A stretch of 63,815 nucleotides of DNA, filler included, from Neolecta irregularis DAH-3 (GCA_001929475.1; 7 parts of 7 records of this genome joined end to end with filler, not necessarily neighbours in it), one strand, 5' to 3'; numbered from the whole stretch's first letter, positions 15,107 to 28,479 are shown. Made by a program: numbers and translations. Notes: generated by a model not told the origin, from the sequence alone.

Positions 15107-15874
15107 CTAGGCAATGCCACGTTTGGGGGAATGGGATTTACTTCGTCTGGGACTAGGACTTCTTCTTCGACCGACACTTGGACGACTTACACTTGGAGAT
15201 CTGCTCCGTGAACAACTTCTTCCCCGAGAAATGCTTCGACTTGACCTACGTCATCAACCCAGCCAAGAAGAAACTTACCGGCTATCATAACTCGAATAAC
15301 TGGCGCTTCTGCGCCGTCTTCTATATGGACTACGGGATCGACTTCGGGGTCGATAGCTATCACCACCACCTCGTCCACTGCGTCCTCTAAACCCGCCTCT
15401 CCCTCGTCTCGCAGCAGGGGGTCTTCGGATAACGATCGAGACGCTGATTTCCGATCCATCAAGCTGTCCCTCATGCATATGGGCGATAGCTTTCTTCGCC
15501 TCGAAAGAAGAAGAATAAATCACGTAAGCGACTCCCCGATTAGCGTTTATTACAGAGTTGATAGGCATGTCGATTGATGTAATTTCTCCATAGAGAGAAA
15601 ATATTTCTTTTATATGAGCCTCCTGAACGTTTTTCGTCAGTTTTTCAATAACAATCTAAAAGTCAGTCTTGATCGCCTCATATTCAAACTTTGGAGCTTT
15701 CAAGCTTCGCTGGCGAACGGGAGCGGCTTCGAGATGGGAGATCGAGGCGACTTCTGGATCGCGAGCGTGAGATGCCTTTCGAGGGCAAACGACCGCGGCT
15801 CCTAGAACGAGCTCTTCTGGGTGAAGGAGAACGTGGCCTGGAGATTAGTGGTGGTCTGTCGAAGAGGCTTGCAT
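15107..15874 (-). CDS. RNPS1/SR45-like RRM and RS-domain splicing factor (4 exons)
   Basis: RS-rich termini flank the RRM IVIEKLTKNVQEAHIKEIFSLYGEI..IDMP..NRGVAYVIY..AKKAIAHMHEGQLDG. Confidence 0.88.
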
Positions 15875-16440
15875 TTTTTTGGTCGAAGGTGTTTGGTTGG
15901 TGCTTGTATTTCCAGTATGTAGTTGAAGGTGCAGATGAATAAGCGATCAGTTGGCTTAAATATACAACAAGCCTTTTACATATATTGAAATCCTTCCCAA
16001 GCACTCTTTCGATATTAAGGAAGAATTCTATTGTGGAATGGAATAATATCCTGATATAATCTCACTCTTCCAATATGCTCGCAAAGCATTCATAGCAAAG
16101 TGTTGGCTGTAACGAAGGAAAAGATAGTAATTCTGAAGAGGAGATAGAAATTGTGGATATATGGGAAAAAGTGTCCTTTGAAATCTCTTGAGAATCTTTT
16201 GCTAAGCCTTGAAAGGTACACAAGATCTTGATGCAACTGAATCATTATCGCTTGGTGTCATCGTATCTTCGTACTACTACCTCTTCAAAGGAATAACAAT
16301 AGAAGCGCCTAGAATTTTGTTGTCTTTCTATAATATATATTAGACCTCTCGATTTTCAATCTTGTTTGATAAATCTCATGATGAAGTCATCTTATAACTC
16401 CCATTTAGTGCTCATGAGAACAGAAAGTACAAAAATTGTC

Positions 16441-16542
16441 CAGTATGTCCAACCGCCCACCAGCCCGCCGGAGAAATAATGACCCGCCAGCCCGTTGGAG
16501 GGTCTTTGACGGTGGCGGGCGGGCGGGCGGTTAGACACACTG
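16441..16542. mobile_element. Short TIR element of the CAGTGTGTCCAACCGCCC family
   Basis: CAGTATGTCCAACCGCCC...GGGCGGTTAGACACACTG inverted termini, the same as the element at 25970-26398. Confidence 0.65.
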
Positions 16543-16662
16543 GGTTGGACCCAAAATGTCAGTAAAAAGGCGTTTAAGTCAGACACGTGAGAAAAATCAT
16601 CCGTTAATCGCAAAAACTTACAAACCTCCTTTGAAAAAGAACAATCCAACATCCAAAAACAA

Positions 16663-18341
16663 ATGATACTTCGGTCAGGATCGAAGTCTCTTTATACCTG
16701 CTGGAGATGCCAGACACGGGGAATAGGTTCGAAGTTTCCCTCTGCACATTCGCTGTTGTCGATGGAAAAGAATGCAGAGTCGATGGAAAAGATTACAGAG
16801 AAACGAAAGAAGCATGAATCGCCAAGGGAGCCTCTGAGGTTGGATTCAATGGAAGCAGCTTCATTTCTTGTATAGTCCGCCATGGGATTCGCCTTCTCAT
16901 TCTCCAGGATGTACACATAAAGCCTCAGTTGGTCGCTACGTTACAAACCGCTTTCCCCGAGGTTAAAAAACCCACAGAACCCCAAAAACAGCTTCTCTTG
17001 GCCCTACATCACAAATACAACCTCATCCTCCGATCCCATGCCGGGACCGGGAAAAGTCTGGCGTTACTTCTCTATCTCCTTTCAACTCAACGCGTTTCTC
17101 ATAAAGACCCTGCGACATCTTTGTCCTTTCTTTCTATATCATGCTTGCTGCTTGTACCGAGCGGCGATCTGGCCATTCAGTGTAAATCCTGGGCTTATAA
17201 GCTTCTCGGAAACCTGCCTGAAAAAGAGAGGGTCGTACAAATTCTTTTTCGAGGATCTAAAGAAGAGGAGTCAGAGCAGGATCAATATCATTCAATCCAT
17301 CCTCGTCCACATCTCTTAATCGCGACACCTACTAGGCTACTTGATCTTATTTCAAATAACATTAGATTTGATTTTCGAGATTTACGGATATTAGCATTAG
17401 ACGAAGCAGATTTACTGATAGAACCGCTCAAAAAGTATGCTTTAGAGAAGGAAATTCAAAAGCGCAAACATCACGTTCCACCGGCTGAAATTCTTATCAA
17501 CTATGTTCTACAGCAACAGGAAATGTGGGCAACATATGCGAAGCTACCGAATATTCACTTTGTTGCAATCAGTGCAACTGCAAATCAGCGATTAGCTGCT
17601 CAAATATACAAAAATAAATGGGTTAGGGCTATCAGCACAATTGGGATGGACCCACCAGGGGGTGTATGGGGATGGGATCTACGTATCCCTAAGAGCATTC
17701 AACATTCAGTATTGTTGTCCTCCACTTCACTGGATGCGACATTACCAACGACCACTCATTTTAATAAAACGATTGAAGATAACATCCAGAGAAAAGAGCT
17801 TCTAGATCAAGCTTGGAGAGAAGGAAAAGATATTGAGCCGAAGCCAAAATTTGATGAGCGGTGGATTAGTGCCATCGTCAAGATTTTAAAGCACGAGAAC
17901 ACAAGAAACGCAATTATATTCCTCCACCACCAACTCTCACTGAATAAATTACGTCAAGGGCTAAATGATGAGGGTATCGAAACGAAATTGGACATGAAAA
18001 CACACAAAGATAAAGTTATGATTGCTCATCCGAGGGCTGTTCGTGGTTTGGATCTCGACATTTCCCTTGCAATATGTCTTGGATTACCACAAGGTGGGAC
18101 TGAGTATATTCATATTTCTGGACGCGTTGGAAGAACGGGTCGCCCAGGCAAAGTTATTACAATTATTTCTGAAGGTGAAGCAAAGGAGATGGCAGAACTG
18201 CTCCTGAAAATTGGCTGTCGCTCCACTACTTACTGGGTACAGCACGATAAATCATCGACACATATTTTGACATCTACCCCCAAAAATCAAGAGGATCTCG
18301 AGAATCAAGGGGAAAGTGATATTAATTTTGTCGGCACTTAA
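16663..18341 (+). CDS. Divergent DEAD-box RNA helicase, probably mitochondrial (2 exons)
   Basis: Mitochondrial-type leader; motifs GTGKS, TPTRLLD, DEAD, SAT, RGLD, HISGRVGRTGR. Confidence 0.85.
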
Positions 18342-18680
18342 TCACTGTCCACTATGTGATTGTTTTTGCGCCGAATTGTTAATTTAAAGATTCCTGCTTG
18401 GATACCGCAAATAGCACTTATTTTTAGTCTTGTCAGTCGTATGCGAAGTGATTTAAGGCAAGTAGAAGAGCCGACGGAATTTTTTAATTTGTAAGGATAG
18501 TCGGATTTAACGTATTGGGGTACGATCACGATGTCTTAGAATGACATTCAATAGGGTGTGAGCTTTATGTGTCCGGATTGTTGGCTCGAGTAGACTTTGG
18601 CTGGATAATTTGATATACGATGGGTGCCTTTGAGAAGTAACTACATATATTATTATGCGCTTAATGCCTAATGCCTGGTC

Positions 18681-18945
18681 TGCTAATCAGACCAGGTGGT
18701 GTCTATATAACAATTTTACACCCCCTGATTCTGCCTCCATGATTTGTTAGGACTTATAGTCCATTATATTTACCAATACGGTCAGTGGCGCAGGCTATAA
18801 CGGTATATAGGTATATAAGGAGGCAGGATCGCCACCCCTAACTTAGGTTCTCGCAACTCAAGCTAGAACAATATAACCTAGTCTTAGTTGTACTCGAGGG
18901 CCTAGGCTTACAGGTTTCATCTTCGCCGGAATTGGCTTGTTAGCA
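18681..18945. mobile_element. Possible solo LTR
   Basis: 265 bp bounded by TGCTAA...TTAGCA with an internal TATA-like GTATATAAG; no TSD seen. Confidence 0.35.
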
Positions 18946-19860
18946 CACAGGTTCCAATCGGAGTCTTACCCAGCATCAAAACCAAGTTCGCGTGCTGACA
19001 CATGGCAATACGCACTTAGTTTTTCCAGTTACAGCGCCAAGCCTCATCTCCTCCATACTCTACCACTGTTCCTATCTACCCCAGTAGTTACCTTATCCCG
19101 CTCCTTCAGAACTCCTATCGTTATCCCATATCTTTACATCATTTACCTCAGATACCTTGCATGGCATTATCAAATTATCCAGCCTAAGTCTACTCGAGCC
19201 AACAGTCCGGACACATAAAGCTCACCCTATTGAAAGTCATTCTAAGACATCGTGATCGTACCCAAGTACATTAAATCTGACTATCTTTAGTGTTGCCTTG
19301 TGCCAGAACGCGAACTTGATTTTGATGCTTCCTGCAGTCTTCCGCAATGTTTCTTGTCTCCCGACGCCAGTGCTTCCAACTTGGCTGGTTGCGCGCGATC
19401 GCCGATGGTTGTTGTGGGGGATTCTTGAGTCCCCACAAAAGGGGCTGATAGGATTCCAAGGAACCACGCAACATTAGTGTTACACTGGCCAGATTTTTAA
19501 GTTTTCAAAAGTAGTCGGAAGAATAATATTTGGCCTTGAAAGTGTTTAATTACTTCGTATCCGAGTTCTCGACCGATGCGATAGGTAAAAAAAACTTGCT
19601 TTTGGAACTATGACGGGAACATTTTTTGTTGAAGTTCAAAATTTCAAAGTTGTTCCTCTCCGTATTCAGTGTACTTACTAGCATACGATTGGTAATATAT
19701 GGTTACAAGTTTTTTAAAATATGAAAAAGATGAAAGATGAGTTGTGGGGAGATAGGCACTAGCAAAAGTGCTCGCCGCATCGGTCGAATAGTCTCCTCTT
19801 TCGTCTTCATCTCCCTTTTAACTCTTTCTCCCCTGAAAATATTCAGACCAACTCTCTGTT

Positions 19861-22800
19861 ATGACACCAGAACTTGAGCAGGAATTGGCTCATACCCTGC
19901 TTAGTATTCTCGGATCAGGGTTAAATCAGATTTGACTTTTTAGTCGAGCTACTTGCATATCAATTTTCGAGCTCAGTCAGATGGGTCGAAACACAGGATG
20001 TGCTCCTTGGAAGTAATGTTGAACGGCTCGTCGAGATTGGACCTTCTCCCATACTCACTGGAATGGCACAACGAACATTGAAGTTAAAGTATGAAAGTTA
20101 CGATGCTGCTCTTAGTCTACAACGACAAGTGCTTTGCTATTCGAAAGATATAAAGGAAATCTACTACGAGAAGGACCTCACGCCAGAGCCAGAGCCATTG
20201 GTTTCGATTTCAGTTCTGTCTGCTGCTCCGGTCGTAGATGCATCTGCTACAGGTGTTGCTCCTCCCCCAGCTGCCTATGCATCATCACAACCTGTTGAAC
20301 AAATAGCCGACGAACCCATAAAAGCTATTGACATTTTACATACGCTCATTGCACAAAAACTCAAGAAGACCGTATCCGATATTCCTGTATCGAAAGCCCT
20401 CAAAGATCTTGTTGGGGGAAAATCTACTCTTCAGGTATGCCTTCGTTTCATTCGCTCATTTTAAAAAGATAGAATGAAATTCTAGGGGATCTACAAAAAG
20501 AGTTTGGCTCAACACCTGAACGCCCTGAAGAAACACCTCTCAATGAACTAGGGGCCGTAATTCAATCCACGTTCAATGGTGCACTTGGAAAACACTCGGC
20601 AACCCTAATTGGAAAATTGATTTCCGGAAAGATGCCTGGAGGATTCAATCTTACCGCTGCTAAAGGTTACTTGAGCTCGAAATGGGGTCTCGGTCCTCAA
20701 AGGACTGACGGAGCTTTACTGTTGGCCCTTACAATGGAGCCTTCATCTCGCCTCAGTTCTGAAGCCGACGCCAAATCTTTTCTCGATTCTGTTGCTAAAG
20801 AATATGCCTCAAAGCAAGGGATCTCTCTTGCACTGCCATCTAGTAATGCTTCTGGCGGTGGTGGTGGGGCGGTGATCGATAGCGCTGCATTTGATGCATT
20901 TACCAAAGGTCAGAAACAACTTGCTGCCCAGCAACTTGAATTATATGCACGTTATCTTGAGAGAGATCTTCGGGCGGGTGATAAGGCTTATATCAACGAA
21001 ACAGTTATTTCTACAAAACTTCGACAACAGCTCGATCTATGGGCTACCGAACATGGTGACTTCTATGCAACCGGAATCGAACCAGTGTTTTCGAGCCTGA
21101 AAGCCAGGACATACGACTCCAGCTGGAACTGGGTTCGTCAAGATGCTCTCAGCATGTATTATGATATCATCTTTGGTCGACTGAAGCTCGTTGATAGAGA
21201 AATCGTTGCTCGCTGCATTGGCATTATGAATCGCGCTAATCCTACTTTGCTCGAGTACATGCAATGGGTTGTCGATCATTGTCCCCAAGATCGTGGAGAG
21301 AACTATCAGCTTGCTAAAGAACTTGCTACCCGGCTTATTGACAATTGCCGAGCAGTTCAGGATTCTGACCCCCATTACAAAGATGGTTATTTTCTTGGCG
21401 TCTAAAGTTTCACTAACCGTCTAGTTATGAGACCCACCGGGCCTCAAACTAAAATTGATGAGAAAGGCAATCTCACCTATGTCGAAGCCCCTCGACCCGC
21501 TGTTCGAAAACTGGAGCAATATGTTACGGAAATGGCAGCAGGAGGCAAGATTACCGAATACGCCAACAAGTTTAAAATCCAAATTGATCTTGGACGTATC
21601 TATCGAATTATCAAACAGCAGCATAAAATGTCAAAGAGCTCCAAACTCCAAGTTAAAAGCCTTTATGGCGAAGTTCTGCGAAGTATGTCAATGAACCAAT
21701 CCATTCTTAACCAGAAACCGCGCAGAAAACGGGGTCTTGATAAAGGCAAGAAAGAAAAAATTCCTTTTCTTCACATCAAGAAGAAAGAAGGTCAAGATTG
21801 GGAATTTAATAATAAGTTGACTGGTGTTTACCTTGACGTTCTCGAAGACGCCGCTCGTAATGGAATATCCTTTGCTGGAAAGAACGTGCTTATGACTGGA
21901 TGTGGCGCTGGAAGCATCGGCGCTGAGGTTATGCAAGGCCTATTGGCTGGTGGTGCCAATGTCGTTGTCACAACTTCACGTTATTCAAAAGAAGTTACAG
22001 AGTTCTATCAGGCGACTTACACTCGATATGGCTCGAAAGGTTCAAGCCTAATTGTTGTTCCTTTCAACCAAGGTGCACTTCATGTTTAAGCTTAATACTG
22101 ACATGTTAGGGAGCAAACAAGATGTTGATGCGCTAGTGAAGTATGTTTATGACGAAAAGACAGGACTTGGATGGGACCTCGACTATATCGTTCCATTTGC
22201 AGCCATTCCCGAAAATGGTCGAGAGATGGATATGATCGACTCTCGTTCTGAACTCGCCCATCGAATAATGCTCACGAATCTCCTCAGATTGCTCGGAAAC
22301 GTAAAGATTGAAAAAACAGCTCGAGGTTTCGATACTCGGCCAGCTCAAGTTGTATTACCTCTCTCTCCTAATCACGGAAACTTCGGTAGTGATGGTCTCT
22401 ATTCCGAGAGCAAATTGGCACTAGAGACTCTTTTCAACCGCTGGTATTCGGAGAGCTGGGCAAGCTACCTCACCATCGTTGGTGCTGTCATTGGATGGAC
22501 TCGAGGAACAGGCCTGATGTCAGCTAACAATGTTATTGCTGAGGGTGTCGAAACGCTTGGAGTCAGAACCTTTAGTCAACAAGAGATGGCCTTCAACATT
22601 CTTGGTCTCATGTCCCCGAAGATCGTCGACCTTTGTCAAATTGAACCTGTCCATGCTGATCTCAATGGTGGGTTCCAGTTCATTCCTAATCTTAAAGATG
22701 TCTGCTCTCAACTGCGGGAAGAACTTATGGAAACTTCGGCAATTAGGCAGTCAGTAAACAGAGAGACTGCCAGAGAGCACAGCATTGTTAGTGGTGCCAA

Positions 22801-25785
22801 AGCCGAGAAACTCTACAAACAACAAATCATCCAACCTCGTGCAAATCTGAAATTTTCATTTCCTAAAATTTCGCGCCCTTTGGATCATCTAGTGGGAATG
22901 ATCGATCTAGAGAAAGTTGTTGTTGTTGTTGGTTTCTCTGAAGTCGGTCCCTGGGGAAACTCGCGAACTCGATGGGAAATGGAAGCTTATGGAGAGTTTT
23001 CTCTTGAAGGAGCTATTGAAATGGCCTGGATCATGGGATTAATCAAAAATCACGACGGCAGATTGAAGAACGGGCAAATCTACTCGGGGTGGGTTGATAC
23101 GAAAACGGGCGAACCAGTCCAAGATGCAGAAATCAAGTCTCGGTATGAGAAACATATCCTAGAACATTCCGGTATACGTTTAATTGGTAATATTTATATT
23201 ACTATCTTGTTCTGACCATTTTAGAAGCCGAACTTTTCGGTGGCTATGATCCAAAGCGAAAAGGTCTCCTCCAGGAAGTCGTCATCAATCATGACCTTGA
23301 ACCATTTGAAACGTCATCGGATGCTGCAGCAGAATTCAGGCTCAAACATGGTGATAAAGTTGAGATATTTGAGATCAAAGAAACCGGCGAATGGACTGTC
23401 CAGTTCAAGAAAGGTGCATCTTTGCTCGTTCCAAAAGCTGTTCGGTTCGATCGCTTTGTTGCTGGACAGATCCCAACCGGTTGGGATGCTCGCCGATATG
23501 GTGTCCCTGAGGACATCATCTCTCAAGTAGATCCGGTCACTTTATACGTGTTGGTGGCGACCGTTGAAGCCCTAGTTTCTTCAGGGATCACAGACCCATA
23601 CGAACTCTACCAATACGTCGGTATTTCAGAAGTTGGGAATACCATAGGTTCTGGAGTGGGAGGAATGAATGCTCTCCGAGGAATGTACAAATACCGATGG
23701 GCGGACAAATCTATTCAAAAGGATATCCTTCAAGAGTCATTCGTCAATACAATGTGCGCTCTTCCTTTTCCCCATAACTGAATATATAGTGCTGCTTGGG
23801 TTAACATGCTCCTCCTTTCATCGGCAGGGCCCATCAAGACGCCAGTAGGTGCTTGCGCCACAGCTGTCGAATCCATTGATATTGGTGTTGAGACCATCCA
23901 AAGTGGAAAGGCCAGGGTTGTTATTGCAGGCGGTGTTGATGATTTCCAAGAGGAAGGTTCGTACGAATTTGCCAATATGAAAGCTACCAGCAATTCCCAA
24001 GAGGAATTCTCTCAAGGCCGCTCTCCGAGGGAAATGTCTCGACCAACCACGACCACCCGAAACGGCTTTGTGGAAGCTCATGGCTCTGGGATTCACGTTC
24101 TCATGCAAGCAAAACTCGCTCTCCAAATGGGAGTGCCTATTTACGCCGTCATCGCCATGTCTTCCACTGCTACAGACAAGGCTGGACGATCCGTTCCGGG
24201 TATCTCTTTGAGCAAGAAAAATGCTAATGTGCCAGCTCCTGGTCAAGGTATCTTGACCACCGCTCGAGAACAATCAAGCAAATTCCCATCGCCTCTTCTT
24301 GACATCAATTATCGAAGACGACAACTCGATCTCAGGAAGAAGCAGATTAAGGCTTGGACAGAGTCCGAGCTTATGTATATGAATTCTGAGGTGGCTGCCA
24401 TCAAGTCCTCTGGTCCGAATTTTGACCGCGAGGAATTTCTCCTTGAGCGAGCACAGCATGTCGAAGATGAAGCAAACAGGCAAACCCGAGATGCCCTCAA
24501 TATTTGGGGGAATGAATTCTGGGTCAAAGATTCTCGTATAGCTCCTCTTCGGGGCTCTTTGGCTGTTTGGGGACTTACCATTGACGATATTAACGTTGCT
24601 TCCTGTCATGGAACCTCAACTGTTGCAAACGACAAGAACGAACCTCAGACGATCGCAAAAATGCTCCGCCACCTCGGTCGCGGTAAGGGAAACGCATTGT
24701 TGGGAGTGTTCCAAAAATATCTAACTGCTCACCCTAAAGCACCTGCCGCTGCTTGGATGATGAATGGTGCTATACAAATTCTAAACTCGGGGATAGTTCC
24801 TGGAAACAGAAACGCTGATAGTATTCCGAGCTTTTTGACTAGATTATCTGACTCAATTAGACATTGATCGAGCTCTAGAACAATATCCTGAATTTGTCTT
24901 TCCTAGTCGCAGTATTCAAACAGATGGAATCAAAGTAGAGATCCCCCAGTCTTTGTTCATCTAATTTTCCAGGCGGTTTCTATTACATCATTCGGATTTG
25001 GTCAGGTCGGCGGTCAAATAATCGTGATCAATAAAGACTATCTCTTCGCTGCTATTGACGAACATGATTTCAAGGTGTACAAGACAAAGATGGAAGATCG
25101 TTACAAGAAAGCTTATAGATATTACCATACTTCGCTCGCTGAAAACAACATGTTCGTTGCAAAGGAGGGGCCTCCACATACAATTGAACAAGAAAGCGAA
25201 GTCTATCTTAATCCCCGGGCTCGAGTGAATTTAAACAAGAACACTGGTTCATACCGCTACCCTTCCGACTTTCAGAAGCGTTCCGAACCAAGCGCTAAAA
25301 AAACTACAGAGATGCTTTCTGCACTAGTCGACTCATCTGGCCAGAATGTCGGTATTGATGTTGAATCAATTTCCACGTTCAATATCGACAACGAAACTTT
25401 CATAAAGCGTAACTTTACCGATATCGAGCAACACTATTGTAAAAGCGCAGCGTCTCCTCAGTCCAGCTTTTGCGGAACGTGGAGTGCCAAAGAAGGCACC
25501 AGATTCGTAATATTTCGTTTGCTGACATTATAGCGGTGTTTAAAAGCCTCGGAGTCAAGAGTCAAGGTGGCGGCGCTAGCCTCAAAGATATCGAGATTAT
25601 ACGGGATAGCAATGGAGTTCCAGTTGTTCGATTGCATAGAGGTGTTGCACAGAAAGCTACTGCTGCTGGTATTACAAATGTTGAAGTGAGCATTTCACAC
25701 GATGAGTTCCAAAGCGTAGCAGTTGGTGAGTATATTATGTTATGAGATTCGCTAATTGTAAGCCTTTGCTCAAAAACGAAATTGA
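19861..25785 (+). CDS. FAS2: Fatty acid synthase subunit alpha (ACP-KR-KS-PPT), 12 exons
   Basis: ELAHTLL, GGKSTLQNE (ACP serine), TGCGAGSIG (KR), TPVGACATA and SCHGTST (KS), VGIDVE...WSAKEAVFKSLG (PPT). Confidence 0.98.
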
Positions 25786-25969
25786 TCACATGGTATTTGA
25801 TTCCGATATATACTTGAAAAGCTTCTCTTTTTTGCCACGTTGTCATTGTCATATCTTTTCATCATTCATAATGTTAGAGGGGTGGCGGATTGTTAATTTT
25901 TCATTTTCCAGAAAGATCTTGTGCTTGATAAAAAGGATGCAAATATGACAAACCATGTCATGACCACTT

Positions 25970-26398
25970 CAGTGTGTCCAACTGCCCGCCCGGCGGCCCC
26001 GACAGATTTCTAAGCCACCTGCTCCCCAAGAGATCTGAATCACCCACATTTGTTGGTAGACCTTTAGTTTTGCCTTTAAATTCTGGTCCCAATAGTGATC
26101 GTTTCGTTTGAATCAGTTGGTTGGTTGTATAGCTGTGGATTGATTGCCGTTTGCTCTAAATTCTGCGAGCAGAATTTGTCGTGGATCAGGTGACACAGTG
26201 ATCCCATGATTCGCCGTGAACTTTGTGTATGCAACATACTGACACCAACTAAAAAAATGGCCAGATAGAGATTATTTTATATTAGAATTTTTGGTTTTGA
26301 GTGAATTTGAGATTGCACAGTTGTAAATTGATAAAACGCTTTTCCCCGCCCGTCCGCCCGCCGGAGGGTCTCCGACGGGCGGGTGGGTAGACACACCG
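25970..26398. mobile_element. Non-autonomous hAT-like element
   Basis: Imperfect TIRs CAGTGTGTCCAACTGCCCGCCC / GGGCGGGTGGGTAGACACACCG, flanked by an 8-bp near-duplication GACCACTT / GACCTCTT. Confidence 0.75.
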
Positions 26399-26654
26399 GA
26401 CCTCTTCGCTATGTTCTCTGTTTGCTGAATAATTAGATCGGAGATATCTTCCTTGATAAAACGACAAAAATGACACTGACTAGAAAACAAAGCAATTCAT
26501 ATCTCTGGGAACACAGGAGCGAAAATTCAAATAAATTATTTTTCGGGTGTCGGTAAGTTTCAAACAGATTTGTTCTGTCCCACCTGTGGAATCGTCCCAC
26601 CTGTGGAATCGCCCAGCCTCACCACCAAATCCANNNNNNNNNNCTTTGTAAGAA

Positions 26655-26776
26655 CATGTCCCTTTGTAAGAAGTACGAATACATTAGGCTAGTTGTTATA
26701 ACACTTGGTTTTATCGTACTTCTAAGCGCATAGCTTACAGATCACTACCGAAACATCCAGCCTTAACATCTTGCCT
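26655..26776. repeat. Partial second copy of the LTR-like repeat at 13071-13387
   Basis: 122 bp nearly identical to 13216-13337, lying between N runs. Confidence 0.85.
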
Positions 26777-26895
26777 NNNNNNNNNNNNNNNNNNNNNNNN
26801 NNNNNNNNNNNNNNNNNNNNTTAATTAATTAANNNNNNNNNNNNNNNNNNNNNNNNNNNNNNNNNNNNNNNNNNNNCTCATTGATAACTGTCAAG

Positions 26896-28300
26896 ATGCC
26901 AAAAGTTCTGATAATCGGTGGTCTTTCTTCATGCGCTCGTCACATCGCATTGCAAATTCATAAACTGGGGATTGCTGATCGCCTGTGTATCGTTGACAAA
27001 GGCGTGCCAGAAATGCAGTTCATGGATAAAGCATGCGAAGAGGCAATTCTTCCACATTTTATCCAAGGCGATATGTCAGTACAAGGTGAACGTTTTGTAT
27101 AAACAATTGAGCTGATCTCCAGCAACTGTCAACAAGATCTTTGATATGGATTGTTGGGACTGGGTTTTCAACTTGCAAAGCGAGGTTCCGTATAATCAAG
27201 ACGATCGTGTAAACAGGTCTTCAGTGATCAGATTATTAACGTAGGAAGGTTTATGAACAATCAATTTGGAGGTTATCCCTCCTACCGGCCAGGAAAGCGG
27301 CGGAGAGGGGAATCAAATGCTGGATCCAACTCAGCAGCTTTGAGGTGACAACGTTCAGCACAGCTTACTGTTGACGCTGGTCAGGTTTACGAGGCGAGTC
27401 ATAAACGAAAGACCGAAAATTGTCCAACTAAGCCTTGCTCGACTCGGGGAAAATGGAGGCTTAAGACAGAGGAATCCCTTCAAAATATCCCTGGGTTCTC
27501 AAACTGAAAACATATCACATCATTAATCTCTTCTAGTCTCAACCTCGTTGTAGCAAGAAAAGCATTAGTCTACGGTGCATATAATAATGCGGAGATTGCT
27601 ATATAAGTCTATTATCACAACACTGTCGCTGACGCAAGGCACATGGCTTACACTCGGAACAATATTCAAATATCAAAACCAAGAGTTACCACTGCTTGGA
27701 AAGGCAACAGACAGGTAAAATTCTGTCTGAAGTTATCGTGACACAAATAGGCAGAATACTGTCAACACGGTTGATCTAGCTCGTGCTTTTATCCATCTGG
27801 CAGAATGGTACACGTCTCGGTATCAAACGCCTCCTACAAAGCCGTTGATATTCAATCTCTCTGATCCGTGTGATCTCCGTAATTGCCCCTGTGCATGATT
27901 AGAGACTAACCAGGAAGGTCAAAGCGGAATGGTAGCGCTATATAACGAAGCCTTTAATGTCAAAACCAGGTTCATCATGATTCCTAACCTTTTCGCCAAA
28001 TACATGATCAAATCAATTGCGGACGAATTCAACGAAACAATGATTAAAGACTGGTCTGAAATGCTTCGAAAAGCCGGAATTGCACATAGTCCTTTCAATC
28101 CTTACATGGACTCTGAACTTCTCGCTATTCGAGAGATTGCAATGGACGGGTCTAAAATTGAAAAGGAGACGGGTTTTAAATATCTTTACCCGGCTATGAC
28201 GGTGGAAACCGGAAGTTCCCCCATACAAGATTATATTAGTCGAAAGTTATGGCCGCTAGTCACTGGCAAAGAACAAGTGGCGCATATCAGCTCTTACTAG
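26896..28300 (+). CDS. Atypical NAD-dependent epimerase/dehydratase (extended SDR) family protein, paralog 1 (8 exons)
   Basis: KVLIIGG...IVDK Rossmann start, LNLVVARKALVYG, NTVNTVDLARA, IFNLSD, PFNPYMDSELL..MDGSKIEKETGFKYLYP. Confidence 0.8.
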
Positions 28301-28479
28301 CTATCTCAGACCATAGATTATTAAGTATTAGACAGGTTTCTTTCATTTGGTTCTCCAGTATTCTGTATCATTGTGCTTTCTATAGCTATCATGAACATAA
28401 GGTGACCCAAAGTCACTTAGAGATCAATGATAGAGATTGTATCATGGGTCCTGTCAACTATGGCGTGTATTAACACAAG

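Noticed and set aside
15178-15474. Alternative-frame and antisense ORFs over the RNPS1-like gene
   Set aside because: Explained by the repetitive RS-coding sequence.
26576-26612. 17-bp tandem duplication GTCCCACCTGTGGAATC
   Set aside because: Only two copies near a contig end; no further structure.
26821-26832. TTAATTAATTAA palindrome inside N runs (also 42903, 52754, 60457, 61582, 62683)
   Set aside because: Artificial all-frame-stop scaffold linker, not biological.
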